NCBI GenBank assembly: GCA_963801445.1
Contig: CAWDEW010000013.1
Coordinates: 117,866-181,865 of the forward strand
Direction: 5' to 3'
Origin: an uncultured Chloroflexia bacterium
GTDB lineage: Bacteria > Chloroflexota > Limnocylindria > Limnocylindrales > CSP1-4
DNA length: 64,000 nt
Part shown: in pieces, positions 28,059 to 38,071 of the stretch
Position numbering within the stretch: the stretch's first letter is position 1
Layout of the letters: each line of letters starts with the position of its first letter
Notes under the pieces: model-generated
What the model was told of the DNA's origin: nothing
The model's database searches: none
The model's input: the letters and a program-made list of their open reading frames with translations, nothing else
Program-made: the position numbers and the translations under genes

Positions 28059-30587
28059 TCAGTCGAACGTCACGGCCCGGACGATCGCGAACCGGGCGGC
28101 CCGGCGGGCCGGGTAGGCCGCGGCGAGCATGGCGAGCGCGATTCCCAGGACCAGCGCCGCCCCCACGCTCCCCCACCCCGGCGTGAAGGCGATCCCGCCG
28201 CCCAGGGCCACGAGCAGCGCGCCGGCCCCGAGGCCGGCCGCGATCCCCAGGACCGATCCGACGAGGCCGAGCACGGCCGCCTCCAGGACCACGAGCCGCC
28301 AGGCCTGGCTGCGGGTCAGCCCGACAGCGCGGAGTACGCCGAGCTCGCGCACTCGCTCCAGGACGTTCATCGCCAGGGTGTTGGTGATCCCCAGCGCGGC
28401 GACGACCAGGGCGATCAGGCCCAGCCCGTCGAAGAGCGCGAAGAGCCGGTCGACCGCCGCGCCGAGCGAGCCGGCGATGGCGTCCCGGCCGAGGGGCTGG
28501 AGCGCGTTGCCCCGGGCCACCTCCTCCAGCGCCGGCCGGGCCGTCGATGCGGCTCCCGGCGCGAAGCGGACCGCGAAGCCATCCGCGCCGACGACGCCGA
28601 GCCGGTCCGTCGCCTCCCGCCATCCAACGAGGACGGAGGCCCCCGCAACGCCGGGCATCGTGCGCGCCGCGATTCCCACGACCTTGAACGGCAGGACCGT
28701 GCGGCCGCTCAGGACCCGCAACGTCGCGCCCAGGGGCAGGCCCAGGCGGTCCGCGAGCGCCTGGGGCAGGATCACCGAACCGCCGGCGTCCAGCGCCTGG
28801 AGCGCCATGGCCCGGTCCCCGGCCGTGAGCGTGAGCCGGCCGTCCGCGAGCAGGTCGCTCCCGACGACGGCTGCCGCGTCGAGGCGCTGCCCGTCGGAGG
28901 CGATCGAGAACCGGGCATACGGGCTGACCCGGGCGACGCCGGAGACCGCGGCGAGGTCCGCCACGACCGGCTCGTCCAGCCCGACCGGGCGGACCGACGT
29001 CAGGAGCAGGTCGCCGGGCACGACATCGTCGATCCACGCGGTGGCCTCCTGGCGCGTCGTCGCGGCCACCCCACCCAGGGCGACCATGACCCCCAGGGCC
29101 ACGGCCAGCGCGCCGACCGTCAGCACGGTGCGGCTTCGATCGCGGACGAGGGAGCCCCTGGTCAGCCGCTCCTCGATGGGCAGGAAGGGGCGGGCGAGCA
29201 GCCCGGCGAGGGCGCCCAGCGGGCCGACCAGCCATGACGAGGCCAGGGCGACGACCAGGAACAGGCCGTAGATCGCGAGCGGCCCGACGAGCCCGAGCGG
29301 GGTGGTCGTGGCGCCCGGCCAGAGCAGGATGCCGGCGGCCCCGACGACGAGGAACACGAGGAGCAGCCAGCGCAGCCTGGCCCGCAGGTCGGCCGACTGG
29401 TCCAGCCGGGCGGTCAGCGCCGCGACGGGGCTGATCCGACCAGCCCGCAGGGCCGGCTCCAGCGCAGCGGCGAGGGTCACGCCGATCCCGAAGAAGGCCC
29501 CGATCGCCGGCGCGACCGGTGGGATCGCTGGTTGCCCGAGGGCCACCGGGAGCCCATCCGGCCCAAGGTAGGCCACGGCCAGGATCGCCAGCGCGACCCC
29601 GCCGACAAGGCCGACGATCACGCCACCGACCCCCAGGATCAGGGCTGAGCCCAGCACCTGGCGGGTCACCTGGCCGCGGGTCATGCCGGCCGCCCGCAGG
29701 AGGCCCAGGTCGCGGGCCCGCTCGGCCACGGTCATCGCCATCGTGTTGAAGATCAGGAAGGCCCCTCCGAAGAGCGCGATCGCGGCCACCAGGCCGACTG
29801 TCAGGCGGAACTGGACCGTGGAGGCGTCCAGCGAGCCGGTGAGGTCATCTGCGGTGGCCAGGATCCAGGGCTCGGCCGTGATCGCCCGGTCCAGCGCGGC
29901 CGCGACCCCGCTGACGGGCGCGTCGGGCGCGGTCGCCACGTCCACCGAGGTCACGCCCGCCGTCCCGAAGAGGCGCTGCGCGCTCGCGAGCGGGATCCAC
30001 GCGACGCGTCCGCCCGGGTCCGCGTCGCCGCGCGTGGCCGCGACGATCCCGACGACCGGGAAGGCCGTGGGTCCCGCGTCGGCGCTGCCGAGCAGGGTGA
30101 TCGTCGACCCGACCGAGAGGCCCTCGCCGGAGGCCAGCCCCTCCGAGAGGACCGCCCCGCCTCCCGTGTCCGGGAGCCATCTCCCCGACGTGATGGCCCG
30201 GTCGTGGAGCGCCGCGTCGGCCGCCGGATCCACGCCGAGAACGGTCAGCGGGTCCGGCGCGCCGCCTGACGCTGCCGCCCCGGATGGCGCCTCCAGCGGG
30301 AACGTGCGGCGCTCCAGCGTCGGGGCCGCCACCGTGACGCCCGGGGTTCCCGCGATCGCTGTGATCGTGGCAGCCGACAGGCCGCTCTCCTGGAGGGCGC
30401 TGACCCGCAGGGAGGCGCGACCAAGGAGATCGCGGACGCTGCGCTCGACGGACGCGTCGAGGGCCGCGTTGAGGATGAGGGCGGCCACCAGGACGGCCAC
30501 CCCGAGGCCGATCCCGAGCGTCGTCAGCGCCGTTCGGAGCGGGCGGGCGACCAGGCTCTTCCGGGCCAGCCAGCCCAGGGTGCGCAT
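28059..30587 (-). CDS. ABC transporter permease with two FtsX domains (MacB/YtrF-like)
   Basis: 842-aa membrane protein. Repeated FtsX-type 4-TM modules with large extracytoplasmic loops. Cognate ATPase lies 4 nt upstream. Confidence 0.8.
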   Translation of the reverse strand: MRTLGWLARKSLVARPLRTALTTLGIGLGVAVLVAALILNAALDASVERSVRDLLGRASLRVSALQESGLSAATITAIAGTPGVTVAAPTLERRTFPLEAPSGAAASGGAPDPLTVLGVDPAADAALHDRAITSGRWLPDTGGGAVLSEGLASGEGLSVGSTITLLGSADAGPTAFPVVGIVAATRGDADPGGRVAWIPLASAQRLFGTAGVTSVDVATAPDAPVSGVAAALDRAITAEPWILATADDLTGSLDASTVQFRLTVGLVAAIALFGGAFLIFNTMAMTVAERARDLGLLRAAGMTRGQVTRQVLGSALILGVGGVIVGLVGGVALAILAVAYLGPDGLPVALGQPAIPPVAPAIGAFFGIGVTLAAALEPALRAGRISPVAALTARLDQSADLRARLRWLLLVFLVVGAAGILLWPGATTTPLGLVGPLAIYGLFLVVALASSWLVGPLGALAGLLARPFLPIEERLTRGSLVRDRSRTVLTVGALAVALGVMVALGGVAATTRQEATAWIDDVVPGDLLLTSVRPVGLDEPVVADLAAVSGVARVSPYARFSIASDGQRLDAAAVVGSDLLADGRLTLTAGDRAMALQALDAGGSVILPQALADRLGLPLGATLRVLSGRTVLPFKVVGIAARTMPGVAGASVLVGWREATDRLGVVGADGFAVRFAPGAASTARPALEEVARGNALQPLGRDAIAGSLGAAVDRLFALFDGLGLIALVVAALGITNTLAMNVLERVRELGVLRAVGLTRSQAWRLVVLEAAVLGLVGSVLGIAAGLGAGALLVALGGGIAFTPGWGSVGAALVLGIALAMLAAAYPARRAARFAIVRAVTFD

Positions 30588-30590
30588 GGA

Positions 30591-31343
30591 TCAGAGCCCC
30601 AGCTGGGCGAGGCGCGAGATGAGCGGAGCTGCTCCGTGCTCATCCCGCCGCCCCAGGCGGATCTCCTCCCGGATCGTGCCGTCGCGGAGCACGCAGACGC
30701 GATCGGCATAGGCGGCCGCCTTCGCGTCATGGGTCACCAGGACGATCGTCTGGCCGCGCTCGACGCAGGAGCGCCAGAGCCGCTCGAGGATCTCGGTCCC
30801 GGTCGCGTAGTCGAGGTTGCCGGTCGGCTCATCGGCCAGGACCAGCGCCGGGCGCCGGACCAGGGCGCGCGCGACCGCCACCCGCTGCTGCTCCCCGGCC
30901 GAGAGCTGGTCGGGCCGGTTCCGTTCCTTGCCGACGAGCTCCACCTCGGCCAGCGCATCGCGGATCGCGACGCCGTTCTCTCCGCGGCGCGGGTCTTCCC
31001 CGGCGATGATGTAGGGCAGGGCCACGTTCTCCCAGACGCTCAGCATCGGCACCAGGTTGAAGAACTGGAAGACGAATCCGGTCTTCTCGCGGCGGAGGCG
31101 CGTGGCAGCGTTGTCGGAGAGCCGGCTGACCGTGGCCCCGTCGAGGATCACCTCGCCGCTCGTGGGTCGGTCGAGCCCGCCCAGGAGGTGGAGCAGCGTG
31201 CTCTTACCGCAGCCGGAAGGGCCCATGAAGGCGACGAACTCGCCCGGCTCGACGGCCAGCGAGATTCCTCGGACCGCCTCGGTCTCGCCGGTGCCGATCC
31301 GGTAGCGCTTGACCAGGTCCCGCGCCTCGAGGATGGCGGTCAT
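30591..31343 (-). CDS. ABC transporter ATP-binding protein (MacB/LolD-type)
   Basis: Walker [10 protein letters not shown], signature [15 protein letters not shown] and Walker [13 protein letters not shown]. Confidence 0.85.
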   Translation of the reverse strand: MTAILEARDLVKRYRIGTGETEAVRGISLAVEPGEFVAFMGPSGCGKSTLLHLLGGLDRPTSGEVILDGATVSRLSDNAATRLRREKTGFVFQFFNLVPMLSVWENVALPYIIAGEDPRRGENGVAIRDALAEVELVGKERNRPDQLSAGEQQRVAVARALVRRPALVLADEPTGNLDYATGTEILERLWRSCVERGQTIVLVTHDAKAAAYADRVCVLRDGTIREEIRLGRRDEHGAAPLISRLAQLGL

Positions 31344-31449
31344 GCGCGGGACGACGACCAGTGCCGGATCGGACGCTCGGACGTGGTCGTCGACATGGCC
31401 GCAGTGTAGCGCGGCAGTTCGGCCGCCCAGCGCCCGGGGAGGGGCCCGG

Positions 31450-32349
31450 TCAGGGCCCGAAGATCAGCCCGAGCAGGCCACCGACGAGGCCGTCGAGGAG
31501 CCCGGGCGTCCGGACCGGCTCCGCCACCCGGAGCGAGGCGCCGTCGGGCAGGTCGACCCCGGGCGGGAGCGGCGAGGCCGTCGGTTGCGGGGTCGGCGTC
31601 GCGACGGGCGTCGGCTCGGGCGTCGGCGATGGCGTCGCGACCGGCGTGGGCTCCGGCGTCGGCGAGGGAGTCGACTTCGGCGTGGGCCTCGGCGTGGGCC
31701 TGGGCGTCGCCGCAACCGCCGGTCGGGGCGTCACGGTCACGCGGGCCGTGGGCTTCGGCGTGGGCCTCGGCGTGGGCCTGGGCGTGGGCCTGGGCGTCGA
31801 GACCGAACCGCATCGGTCGGCGAAGAGGACGGTGAAGTAGTTGAACCCGTCGGCCCCCTTGTAGGCACCGATCCCCATCACGTCCCAGGCCTTCCCCAGG
31901 ATGTTGGACCGGTGCGTCGGCGAACCCATGAACCCGCTCTGGATGGCCGCAGCCGCCTCCGAGTCGGGGTAGTCGTTCTTGCCGATGTTCTCGCCGGCAA
32001 GGTTGTAGCAGTACCCCTTCGCGTCGAGGACGTCGAAGACCATGCCTCCGCCGGGGGGAATGTTGTGGCTGAAGTAGCCGCGGGTCGCCATGTCCTTCGA
32101 GCGCCAGCGCGCCACCGAGGCGAGGACGGAGTCCCAGCGCAGGGACACGAGGCGGTTCGCGGCGCGAGCCTGGTTGGTCAGGGCAAAGAGCGTCTGCTCG
32201 GCCGACGACGAGAAGGTGTCCGCGCTCCAGCCCCGGGCGGTCGCCGGTGCCGCGACCGAGAGGACGGAACCGACGAACAGGGCGATCGCCACGAGCACGG
32301 CGAGCGGGGAGCGGGACCGGCGCGGCCGGGCGGCGGGGACCTGAGGCAT
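31450..32349 (-). CDS. Secreted CAP/SCP (PR-1-like, YkwD-type) domain protein with a C-terminal Pro/Thr-rich tandem-repeat tail
   Basis: Signal peptide ([23 protein letters not shown]). CAP core (YFSHN...GENIGKN...[13 protein letters not shown]). Tail of (PRPTP)n / [14 protein letters not shown] repeats encoded by periodic DNA at ~31540-31790. Confidence 0.7.
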   Translation of the reverse strand: MPQVPAARPRRSRSPLAVLVAIALFVGSVLSVAAPATARGWSADTFSSSAEQTLFALTNQARAANRLVSLRWDSVLASVARWRSKDMATRGYFSHNIPPGGGMVFDVLDAKGYCYNLAGENIGKNDYPDSEAAAAIQSGFMGSPTHRSNILGKAWDVMGIGAYKGADGFNYFTVLFADRCGSVSTPRPTPRPTPRPTPKPTARVTVTPRPAVAATPRPTPRPTPKSTPSPTPEPTPVATPSPTPEPTPVATPTPQPTASPLPPGVDLPDGASLRVAEPVRTPGLLDGLVGGLLGLIFGP

Positions 32350-32706
32350 CGAGAAGCTGGCTCCTGTCGGGTGGCGGGGTGCCTGCAAGAGCATGGATCC
32401 CGCCGCCGCCCGCATCCCCGGCGCGATGGTCCCGGGCCATCGCTCCGGAGGTCCTACTGGCGGTCCGGTGTGGATCGGTCGGGTTGGACCCGCGCCTCGC
32501 CGACGGGGCGGCAGGCGGTCGTGCGGCGATCCTGGGCCCCGGAGAGAGCTGACCGGCCGCTTCGGCGCCGCGGGGCGGCCTCCCCCGCGGGGGTCGCCGG
32601 CGCGGGTTCCGCACGGCCCCGCCGACATCGGCCCGTGAGCGCCTCGCGTATACTTCGCCGGTCCCCGCGCACCGGACCCCGTCCGCGATGCGCGGTCGCG
32701 ACTCGC

Positions 32707-32783
32707 GGTGGCCTTAGCTCAACTGGCAGAGCACTGGATTGTGGCTCCAGAGGTTACGGGTTCAAGCCCCGTAGGCCACCCCA
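32707..32783 (+). tRNA. tRNA-His (anticodon GTG) with genome-encoded G-1 and 3' CCA; coordinates ±2 nt
   Basis: Cloverleaf GTGGCCT/AGGCCAC acceptor stem, anticodon loop TTGTGGC, discriminator C, then CCA. A G precedes the acceptor stem. Confidence 0.85.
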
Positions 32784-32974
32784 CCGCCCCCACGTGTGAC
32801 CGGCATCGACGGGCAGCGATCGAGTGCAGATCGAGTGCAATCCGCTCAGAAGGCGGCTGCCCGAGATCGAGTGCGCCGATCTTCGCGGTTCCTGTAAGCC
32901 TCGACACAGAATCCAACGGCTCCGGGGCCTACGGTCGGCGTCATCAACGTCCGAGACACCACGAAGGAGCCACC

Positions 32975-33493
32975 ATGGCCAGCACAGCGCTCGCGGCGCG
33001 AACAACGGGGACCAGCGCGTGGGTTCGCACCGGGCTCATCGGCGGGGTCGTCGCCGGCATCGTGTTCGCGATGTTCGAGATGATCATGGCCGTCGTTCTC
33101 AATGGCGGCGACGCGTTCTTCATGCCCCTGCGCATGATCGGGGCGATCGGCCTCGGGATGTCCGCGCTCGATCCCGCCAGCTCGCTGGTCGCCGCCGGTG
33201 GCGCCGGCCTCGTGATCCACATGATGCTGTCGGCCATGTACGGCCTCGTGGTCGCCGGCGTCATCGCCAGGGTCGGCTCGCTCTCCCGGTCGACCGCCTC
33301 GGTCCTCGTCGTCTCGAGCATCGCCGGCTTCGCCCTCTGGATCATCAACTTCTTCGTGCTGGCCCGGATCTTCGGCTGGACCTGGTTCCCCGACACGCAG
33401 AACGTCGCCGTCCAGCTCGTCGCTCACACCATGATGTTCGGCACCGTGCTCGGCCTCCTGCTCGACCGGTTCGCCTTCCGCGCCTCCCGGTAG
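32975..33493 (+). CDS. Small integral membrane protein of unknown function (4-5 predicted TM helices)
   Basis: AAGGAG ribosome-binding site upstream of the ATG. Strongly hydrophobic throughout. Confidence 0.5.
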   Translation: MASTALAARTTGTSAWVRTGLIGGVVAGIVFAMFEMIMAVVLNGGDAFFMPLRMIGAIGLGMSALDPASSLVAAGGAGLVIHMMLSAMYGLVVAGVIARVGSLSRSTASVLVVSSIAGFALWIINFFVLARIFGWTWFPDTQNVAVQLVAHTMMFGTVLGLLLDRFAFRASR

Positions 33494-33690
33494 GCTCCCG
33501 GGCGGCCGGGCTGGCGGGCCGGCGCGGGCGCCCCGCCCCGGCACGAGGACCATCTCCAGCGTCGACCCCGGATGCCATCTCGGCCCGGGGTCGTCGCCTT
33601 GTCCGGCAGGCGCCGGGCATGCCACTCACGACCGGGTCGCGGTGTCAGGCAGCCATCAGCGCCCCGGCAGGCCGGCGCGGTCGTCGTCCC

Positions 33691-34521
33691 TCAGGCCGTT
33701 GCGACAGCATCCCCGGCGACAGCCACGGCCTGGACCAGGCGCAACGAGCCATCGGCCAGGCCCGCGACGAGGTTCGCGGCCTTGGCGGCGAACCCGGGGA
33801 CGACGACATGGAGCCCGAGGGGCTGTCGAGGCCCGGCGAGCGCAGACCGCAGGCGCGGGATCGCGGCCTCGGTGAGATCGTTCCAGGCGGCGATGTCGAA
33901 CCCCGCGGCGCGGAGCTCGCGCTGGAGCCCGACGGCAGTCGTCAGGTGGCTCATCTCGGGCGTGTCGGCCCACGGCTGGGGGTAGCGCACCGCCGCCGCC
34001 TGTCCGGCCACCAGCTCCCAGAGCGCGAGGCGTCCCCCGTTCCGGAGAGCCCGGCGGGCCTCCCGGTAGAGGGCGGCCTTGGCGGCCACGTTCATCTGGA
34101 CATGCTGGGTCCACACGACGTCGACGGATCCCGTGGCGACGGGGAGGGAGAGCGCGTCCCCGCAGATGACCGTGATCAGGCCGTCCAGCCTCGTCGAGGC
34201 ATCGAGCCAGCGCGCGACGGCGCAGAACTCGGGGGTGATGTCCAGCGTCGTGACGCGGCAGCCGAACCGGTCGGCGAGGTAGCGGGCCGCCCCTCCCAGG
34301 CCGGCCCCGATGTCGAGCATGTGGTCCGCGGCGCCGATGCCCGCGAGCTCCGCAAGCGCGACGGTCGCCTGGCGCCCGAGCGTGTGGAACTCGTCAAACG
34401 GCGCCGTGTCGACGACCGTCAACGAGCCCGGGTCCCGGCCCGCGGCGACCAGGGCAGCCGAGATCCGCTCCCGGAGGTCCGGTCGCCCGTACTGACCCTC
34501 GATGTCCGAGCGGCCGGTCAT
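33691..34521 (-). CDS. Class I SAM-dependent methyltransferase
   Basis: Motif I LDIGAGLGGAARYLA and motif post-I CRVTTLDI. ATGA overlap with the upstream NmrA-like gene. Confidence 0.75.
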   Translation of the reverse strand: MTGRSDIEGQYGRPDLRERISAALVAAGRDPGSLTVVDTAPFDEFHTLGRQATVALAELAGIGAADHMLDIGAGLGGAARYLADRFGCRVTTLDITPEFCAVARWLDASTRLDGLITVICGDALSLPVATGSVDVVWTQHVQMNVAAKAALYREARRALRNGGRLALWELVAGQAAAVRYPQPWADTPEMSHLTTAVGLQRELRAAGFDIAAWNDLTEAAIPRLRSALAGPRQPLGLHVVVPGFAAKAANLVAGLADGSLRLVQAVAVAGDAVATA

Positions 34522-35618
34522 GACGCCCTCGCGAGCTGCGTCACCGAGCGGGTCGCCGCGGGTCCGGCGGCGGGACCATGCGCGGCGACCCACGCCGGCG
34601 AGTCGGCGGCCAGCTCGGCGTGGTCGTTGTCGACCGAATAGGTGCGGGCGACCTTCGCGCGGTCGACGGCCGGCGTCGCCAGGACGCGCCCCATCGTCGC
34701 GATCGCGCGGAGCCGCCCGGCGAGCGTCCTGCTGGCGGACGGCGTGGCCGCCACGTAGCGCCGCACGATCGTCTCGAAGTCCTCGGGCGGGCGCCCGCCG
34801 ACGCGCTCGACGACATCGGTCGGAGCCCCGATCGCGAACGAGTCCCGCCGGTATTCCTCGAGGAAGGTCAGCACCGACGCCGACACGTAGTCGGGGAAGC
34901 CGAACGTCCGCATGACCTTCGCGAAGAGCGCGGGAGAGGCGTCCAGGTAACGGACGCGGTGGCCGAGCACCCGCCCGAAGGTCGAGGCGATCTCGGCAGG
35001 CGTGAGCAGCGCAGGCCCGGTAGGCCGAAGTGATCGACCGATGTACGGCGCGGGATCGGCGAGGGCGCCCACGATCACCCGGGCGATGTCCTCGTTGGAG
35101 GGCGGGGCATTGCGGCCTTCGCCGAGCGGCATCGCGAACAGCCCGAGCTGGGCCGCCATCGCGAGCCCCGCCATGTAGTTGTCGGCGAACCAGCCGGGGT
35201 TGATGGTCACGACGCCCGTGTCGGGCAGTGCCGCGAACCGCTGGACCGCGAGCCAATCCTCGCGGGCGTGGACCGACGGATGCGTCGGGTGGGCGAGCCA
35301 CAGGCTCAGCACGCCGATGACCTCAAGGCGCGCGGCGTCGGCGGCTTCCGCGAAGATCGAGCTCACGCGCAGGGCGCCGGGCGCGAAGGGGGGCGCGAAG
35401 TAGGCGCGCTGGACGCCGGCGAGCGCCCCGGCGACATCGATCGGATCGTCGAGCGAACCCACGACCACCTGCGCCCCGAGCTCGCGCAATCGCTGAGCCC
35501 GGCCGTCGTCGCGGTGCACGAGCGCTCGAACGGGGAAGCCTCGGTCCAGGAGGCCGACGACGGTGGGCAGGCCCGTGTGGCCCGTCGCGGATGTCACGAG
35601 GATGGTCGGTTGCGGCAT
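34518..35618 (-). CDS. NmrA-family NAD(P)-binding protein (atypical SDR)
   Basis: ILVTSATGHTG Rossmann motif and NmrA-like architecture. Divergent from an HxlR regulator. Confidence 0.75.
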   Translation of the reverse strand: MPQPTILVTSATGHTGLPTVVGLLDRGFPVRALVHRDDGRAQRLRELGAQVVVGSLDDPIDVAGALAGVQRAYFAPPFAPGALRVSSIFAEAADAARLEVIGVLSLWLAHPTHPSVHAREDWLAVQRFAALPDTGVVTINPGWFADNYMAGLAMAAQLGLFAMPLGEGRNAPPSNEDIARVIVGALADPAPYIGRSLRPTGPALLTPAEIASTFGRVLGHRVRYLDASPALFAKVMRTFGFPDYVSASVLTFLEEYRRDSFAIGAPTDVVERVGGRPPEDFETIVRRYVAATPSASRTLAGRLRAIATMGRVLATPAVDRAKVARTYSVDNDHAELAADSPAWVAAHGPAAGPAATRSVTQLARAS

Positions 35619-35743
35619 GCTGGGGACGCTCCCTTCGGGGATCTGGCGCGGCGGTCGACGGCATCGGGGCGCCGTCGCGTTCAATGATGCAACTCTAGCG
35701 TATTCGCGTACAGTGATGCAACTCGTCGGCTAGACTGGACACC

Positions 35744-36223
35744 ATGAAGGCGACCGACCTGGCGGACCTGCATTGCTCGATCGCTCGCGCCCTCGACGTG
35801 ATCGGCGACTGGTGGACGCCGCTCATCATTCGCGACGCGTGGTTCGGGGTCACTCGCTTCGAGGACTTCCACGACCGGCTCGGGATCCCGCGCAACACCC
35901 TGGCCAGCCGGCTGGCCAAGCTCGTGACCCGCGGCGTGCTCGAGCGCCGGGCCTACCAGGCCCAGCCGGCACGCTTCGACTACCTCCTCACGGCCAAGGG
36001 CCGCGACCTCTGGGAGGTCCTCTGGAGCCTGGCGCGGTGGGGAGACCGCTGGGAGGCGACGCCGCTCGGTCCCCCCATGCAGGTGCGTCACCGGACCTGC
36101 GGCGCCCTGATCGAGCCGATCATCTCATGCCCGGCCTGCGGGGAGCGGCTCGTGCCCGCCGACCTCCAGCCGACCCCGGGACCCGGAGGGATCGACCCCG
36201 CGATGCTGCCGCCCGTTCGGTAG
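35744..36223 (+). CDS. HxlR-family winged-helix transcriptional regulator with a C-terminal Cys-rich (zinc-ribbon-like) extension
   Basis: CSIARALDVIGDWWTPLIIRD matches the HxlR HTH. The C-terminus adds HRTCGALIEPIISCPACGERL. Confidence 0.8.
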   Translation: MKATDLADLHCSIARALDVIGDWWTPLIIRDAWFGVTRFEDFHDRLGIPRNTLASRLAKLVTRGVLERRAYQAQPARFDYLLTAKGRDLWEVLWSLARWGDRWEATPLGPPMQVRHRTCGALIEPIISCPACGERLVPADLQPTPGPGGIDPAMLPPVR

Positions 36224-36365
36224 GGCGAGATCGGTGGCAGCCCTCGATCGGCAGGAGCCGCGGGGACGAGCCGCCGGCCGTGCGTTGCGGCGTGAGCCAC
36301 CGCCCCATCGTGACCCGGCCGCGGGTCCGGGACCGTGATCCACATCACATCCCGCGGGGTTCGCG

Positions 36366-37346
36366 GTGGCCTACGATCGGAGGGTCCCGAACCAGGCGAC
36401 ACCCGAGGAGATCAGCGCGATGCACGCTCACCCGGACGCGGCCTCCGCGATGGGACCCGGACCCGGTGCGCCCACGGGTGGCCCGGACGACGACACCCGC
36501 GCACACCTCCGACAGGGTGCGGGCGCCCCTGGACCCGCTCCGGTCGCCGCACCCCAGCCGGAGGCGTCGCTCGCGACCGTCGTCGGGCGCCGCCCCCCTG
36601 GTTCGCTCTCGGTCCCGGCCGTGACCGCCGCGCAGATGGCCGACGTCGATCGACTGGCCGTCGAGGTCTACGGCATCACGCTCTTCCAGATGATGGAGCA
36701 GGCCGGGTCCCACCTTGCCGAGGTCGTTCGCCTCGAGCTCGGCGGCGATCTCCGTGATCGGGCGGTCGTGGTCGTCGCGGGCCCCGGCAACAACGGCGGC
36801 GGAGGGCTGGCTGCGGCACGCCACCTCGCCAACCGCGGGGCATGCGTCCGGGTCATCCTCGCCCGGCCCGCCCGGCGCATGACCGAGGCCGGCCAGCACC
36901 AGCTCGCGACCCTCATCGCGATGGGTATCGACTGCTGCGTCATGACCTACGACCTGCCCGACGACGAGCTCGCCGCGGCCTTCGCCGGCGCCGCCGTGGT
37001 GGTCGATGCCATCCTCGGGTACAGCCTGCGGGGTGCCCCGCGGGCCGAGGTCGCGCGGCTCATCGGCTTCGTGAACGGGAGCGGTCGGCCGATCGTGAGC
37101 CTCGACGTCCCCTCGGGCATGGATCCCGACACGGGGGCGGCGCCCGGGATCGCGGTCATGGCGCGTGCGACGCTCACCCTCGCCCTGCCGAAGTCCGGCC
37201 TCCTGACCGAAGCGGGCCGCCTGCGAAGCGGGCGTCTCTACCTGGGCGACCTGGGCCTGCCGGCCGAGCTCTATGCCTCGCTCGGGATCGACGTGGGCGC
37301 CCCGTTCGCCGCCGACCGCATCGTCAGAGTGGACCGCACGAGATGA
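36366..37346 (+). CDS. NAD(P)H-hydrate epimerase (YjeF N-terminal domain) with a long low-complexity N-terminal extension; the true start may be downstream
   Basis: VVVAGPGNNGGGGLAAARHL matches the YjeF_N signature. The first ~85 residues are Pro/Gly/Ala-rich. Confidence 0.6.
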   Translation: MAYDRRVPNQATPEEISAMHAHPDAASAMGPGPGAPTGGPDDDTRAHLRQGAGAPGPAPVAAPQPEASLATVVGRRPPGSLSVPAVTAAQMADVDRLAVEVYGITLFQMMEQAGSHLAEVVRLELGGDLRDRAVVVVAGPGNNGGGGLAAARHLANRGACVRVILARPARRMTEAGQHQLATLIAMGIDCCVMTYDLPDDELAAAFAGAAVVVDAILGYSLRGAPRAEVARLIGFVNGSGRPIVSLDVPSGMDPDTGAAPGIAVMARATLTLALPKSGLLTEAGRLRSGRLYLGDLGLPAELYASLGIDVGAPFAADRIVRVDRTR

Positions 37347-38071
37347 CGTCGCCCGCCGGGTCCCGATCATTCGCCGCGAAGCTCGGCCTGCTTTCGGAGC
37401 TGACCCTGTTCGCCGGACTGTCCGAGGCGGACATGATGGCCATCGGCCATGCCACCACCATGACCCACTGCGTCCGCGGCCAGCAGATCCTCTCGCCCGA
37501 TGACCCGCCCGACAGGATCCACATCATCAAGGCGGGTCGCGTCCGGGTGTTCCGGATGAGCCCCGATGGCAAGCAGCTCACGCTCGACATCTTCGAGAAG
37601 GGGACGATCCTCGGCGACATGAGCCTGCTCGGCCAGGACCGGCTCGCGGAAGCGTACGCCGAGGCGATCGACGATGGCGTCATCTGCACGATCACCCCGG
37701 ACGAGCTCCGGCGCCTCATCGAGCGCTACCCGATCATCGGGGTCAACATCATCCGCCACCTCTCCCGACGGCTCCAGGCCGCCGAGCGCGAGATCGAGGC
37801 GATGGCCTACCAGCGGGTCGACCAGCGCCTCGCGCGACGGCTGCTCGACCTCGCCAGTCGCTTCGGCGTCCGGCACGAGCAGGGCACGAGGATCGAGGCC
37901 CGGCTCACCCAGCAGGAGCTGGCCGAGATGGTGGGGACCACGCGCGAGACCCTCGCCCACACACTCGCCGATTTCCGGCAGCGGGGCCTGCTCGACACCG
38001 CCCATCACCATGTCGTCATCCGCGATGCCGAGCGCCTCGCCGAGATCGCCGAAGGAGACGAGCTGGCCTGA
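37343..38071 (+). CDS. Crp/Fnr-family transcriptional regulator
   Basis: N-terminal cNMP-binding domain and C-terminal HTH (QQELAEMVGTTRETLAHTLADF). ATGA overlap with the upstream gene. Confidence 0.8.
   Translation: MTSPAGSRSFAAKLGLLSELTLFAGLSEADMMAIGHATTMTHCVRGQQILSPDDPPDRIHIIKAGRVRVFRMSPDGKQLTLDIFEKGTILGDMSLLGQDRLAEAYAEAIDDGVICTITPDELRRLIERYPIIGVNIIRHLSRRLQAAEREIEAMAYQRVDQRLARRLLDLASRFGVRHEQGTRIEARLTQQELAEMVGTTRETLAHTLADFRQRGLLDTAHHHVVIRDAERLAEIAEGDELA

Noticed and set aside
31629-31835. ORF encoding [12 protein letters not shown]... on the plus strand
   Set aside because: It is the opposite-strand reading of the Pro/Thr-repeat-encoding DNA of the CAP-domain gene, a repeat artefact.
32700-33000. 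Integrase or mobile element at the tRNA-His locus
   Set aside because: No integrase, transposase or phage-like ORF occurs within several kb on either side of the tRNA. Only short direct repeats were found, and those are reported separately.
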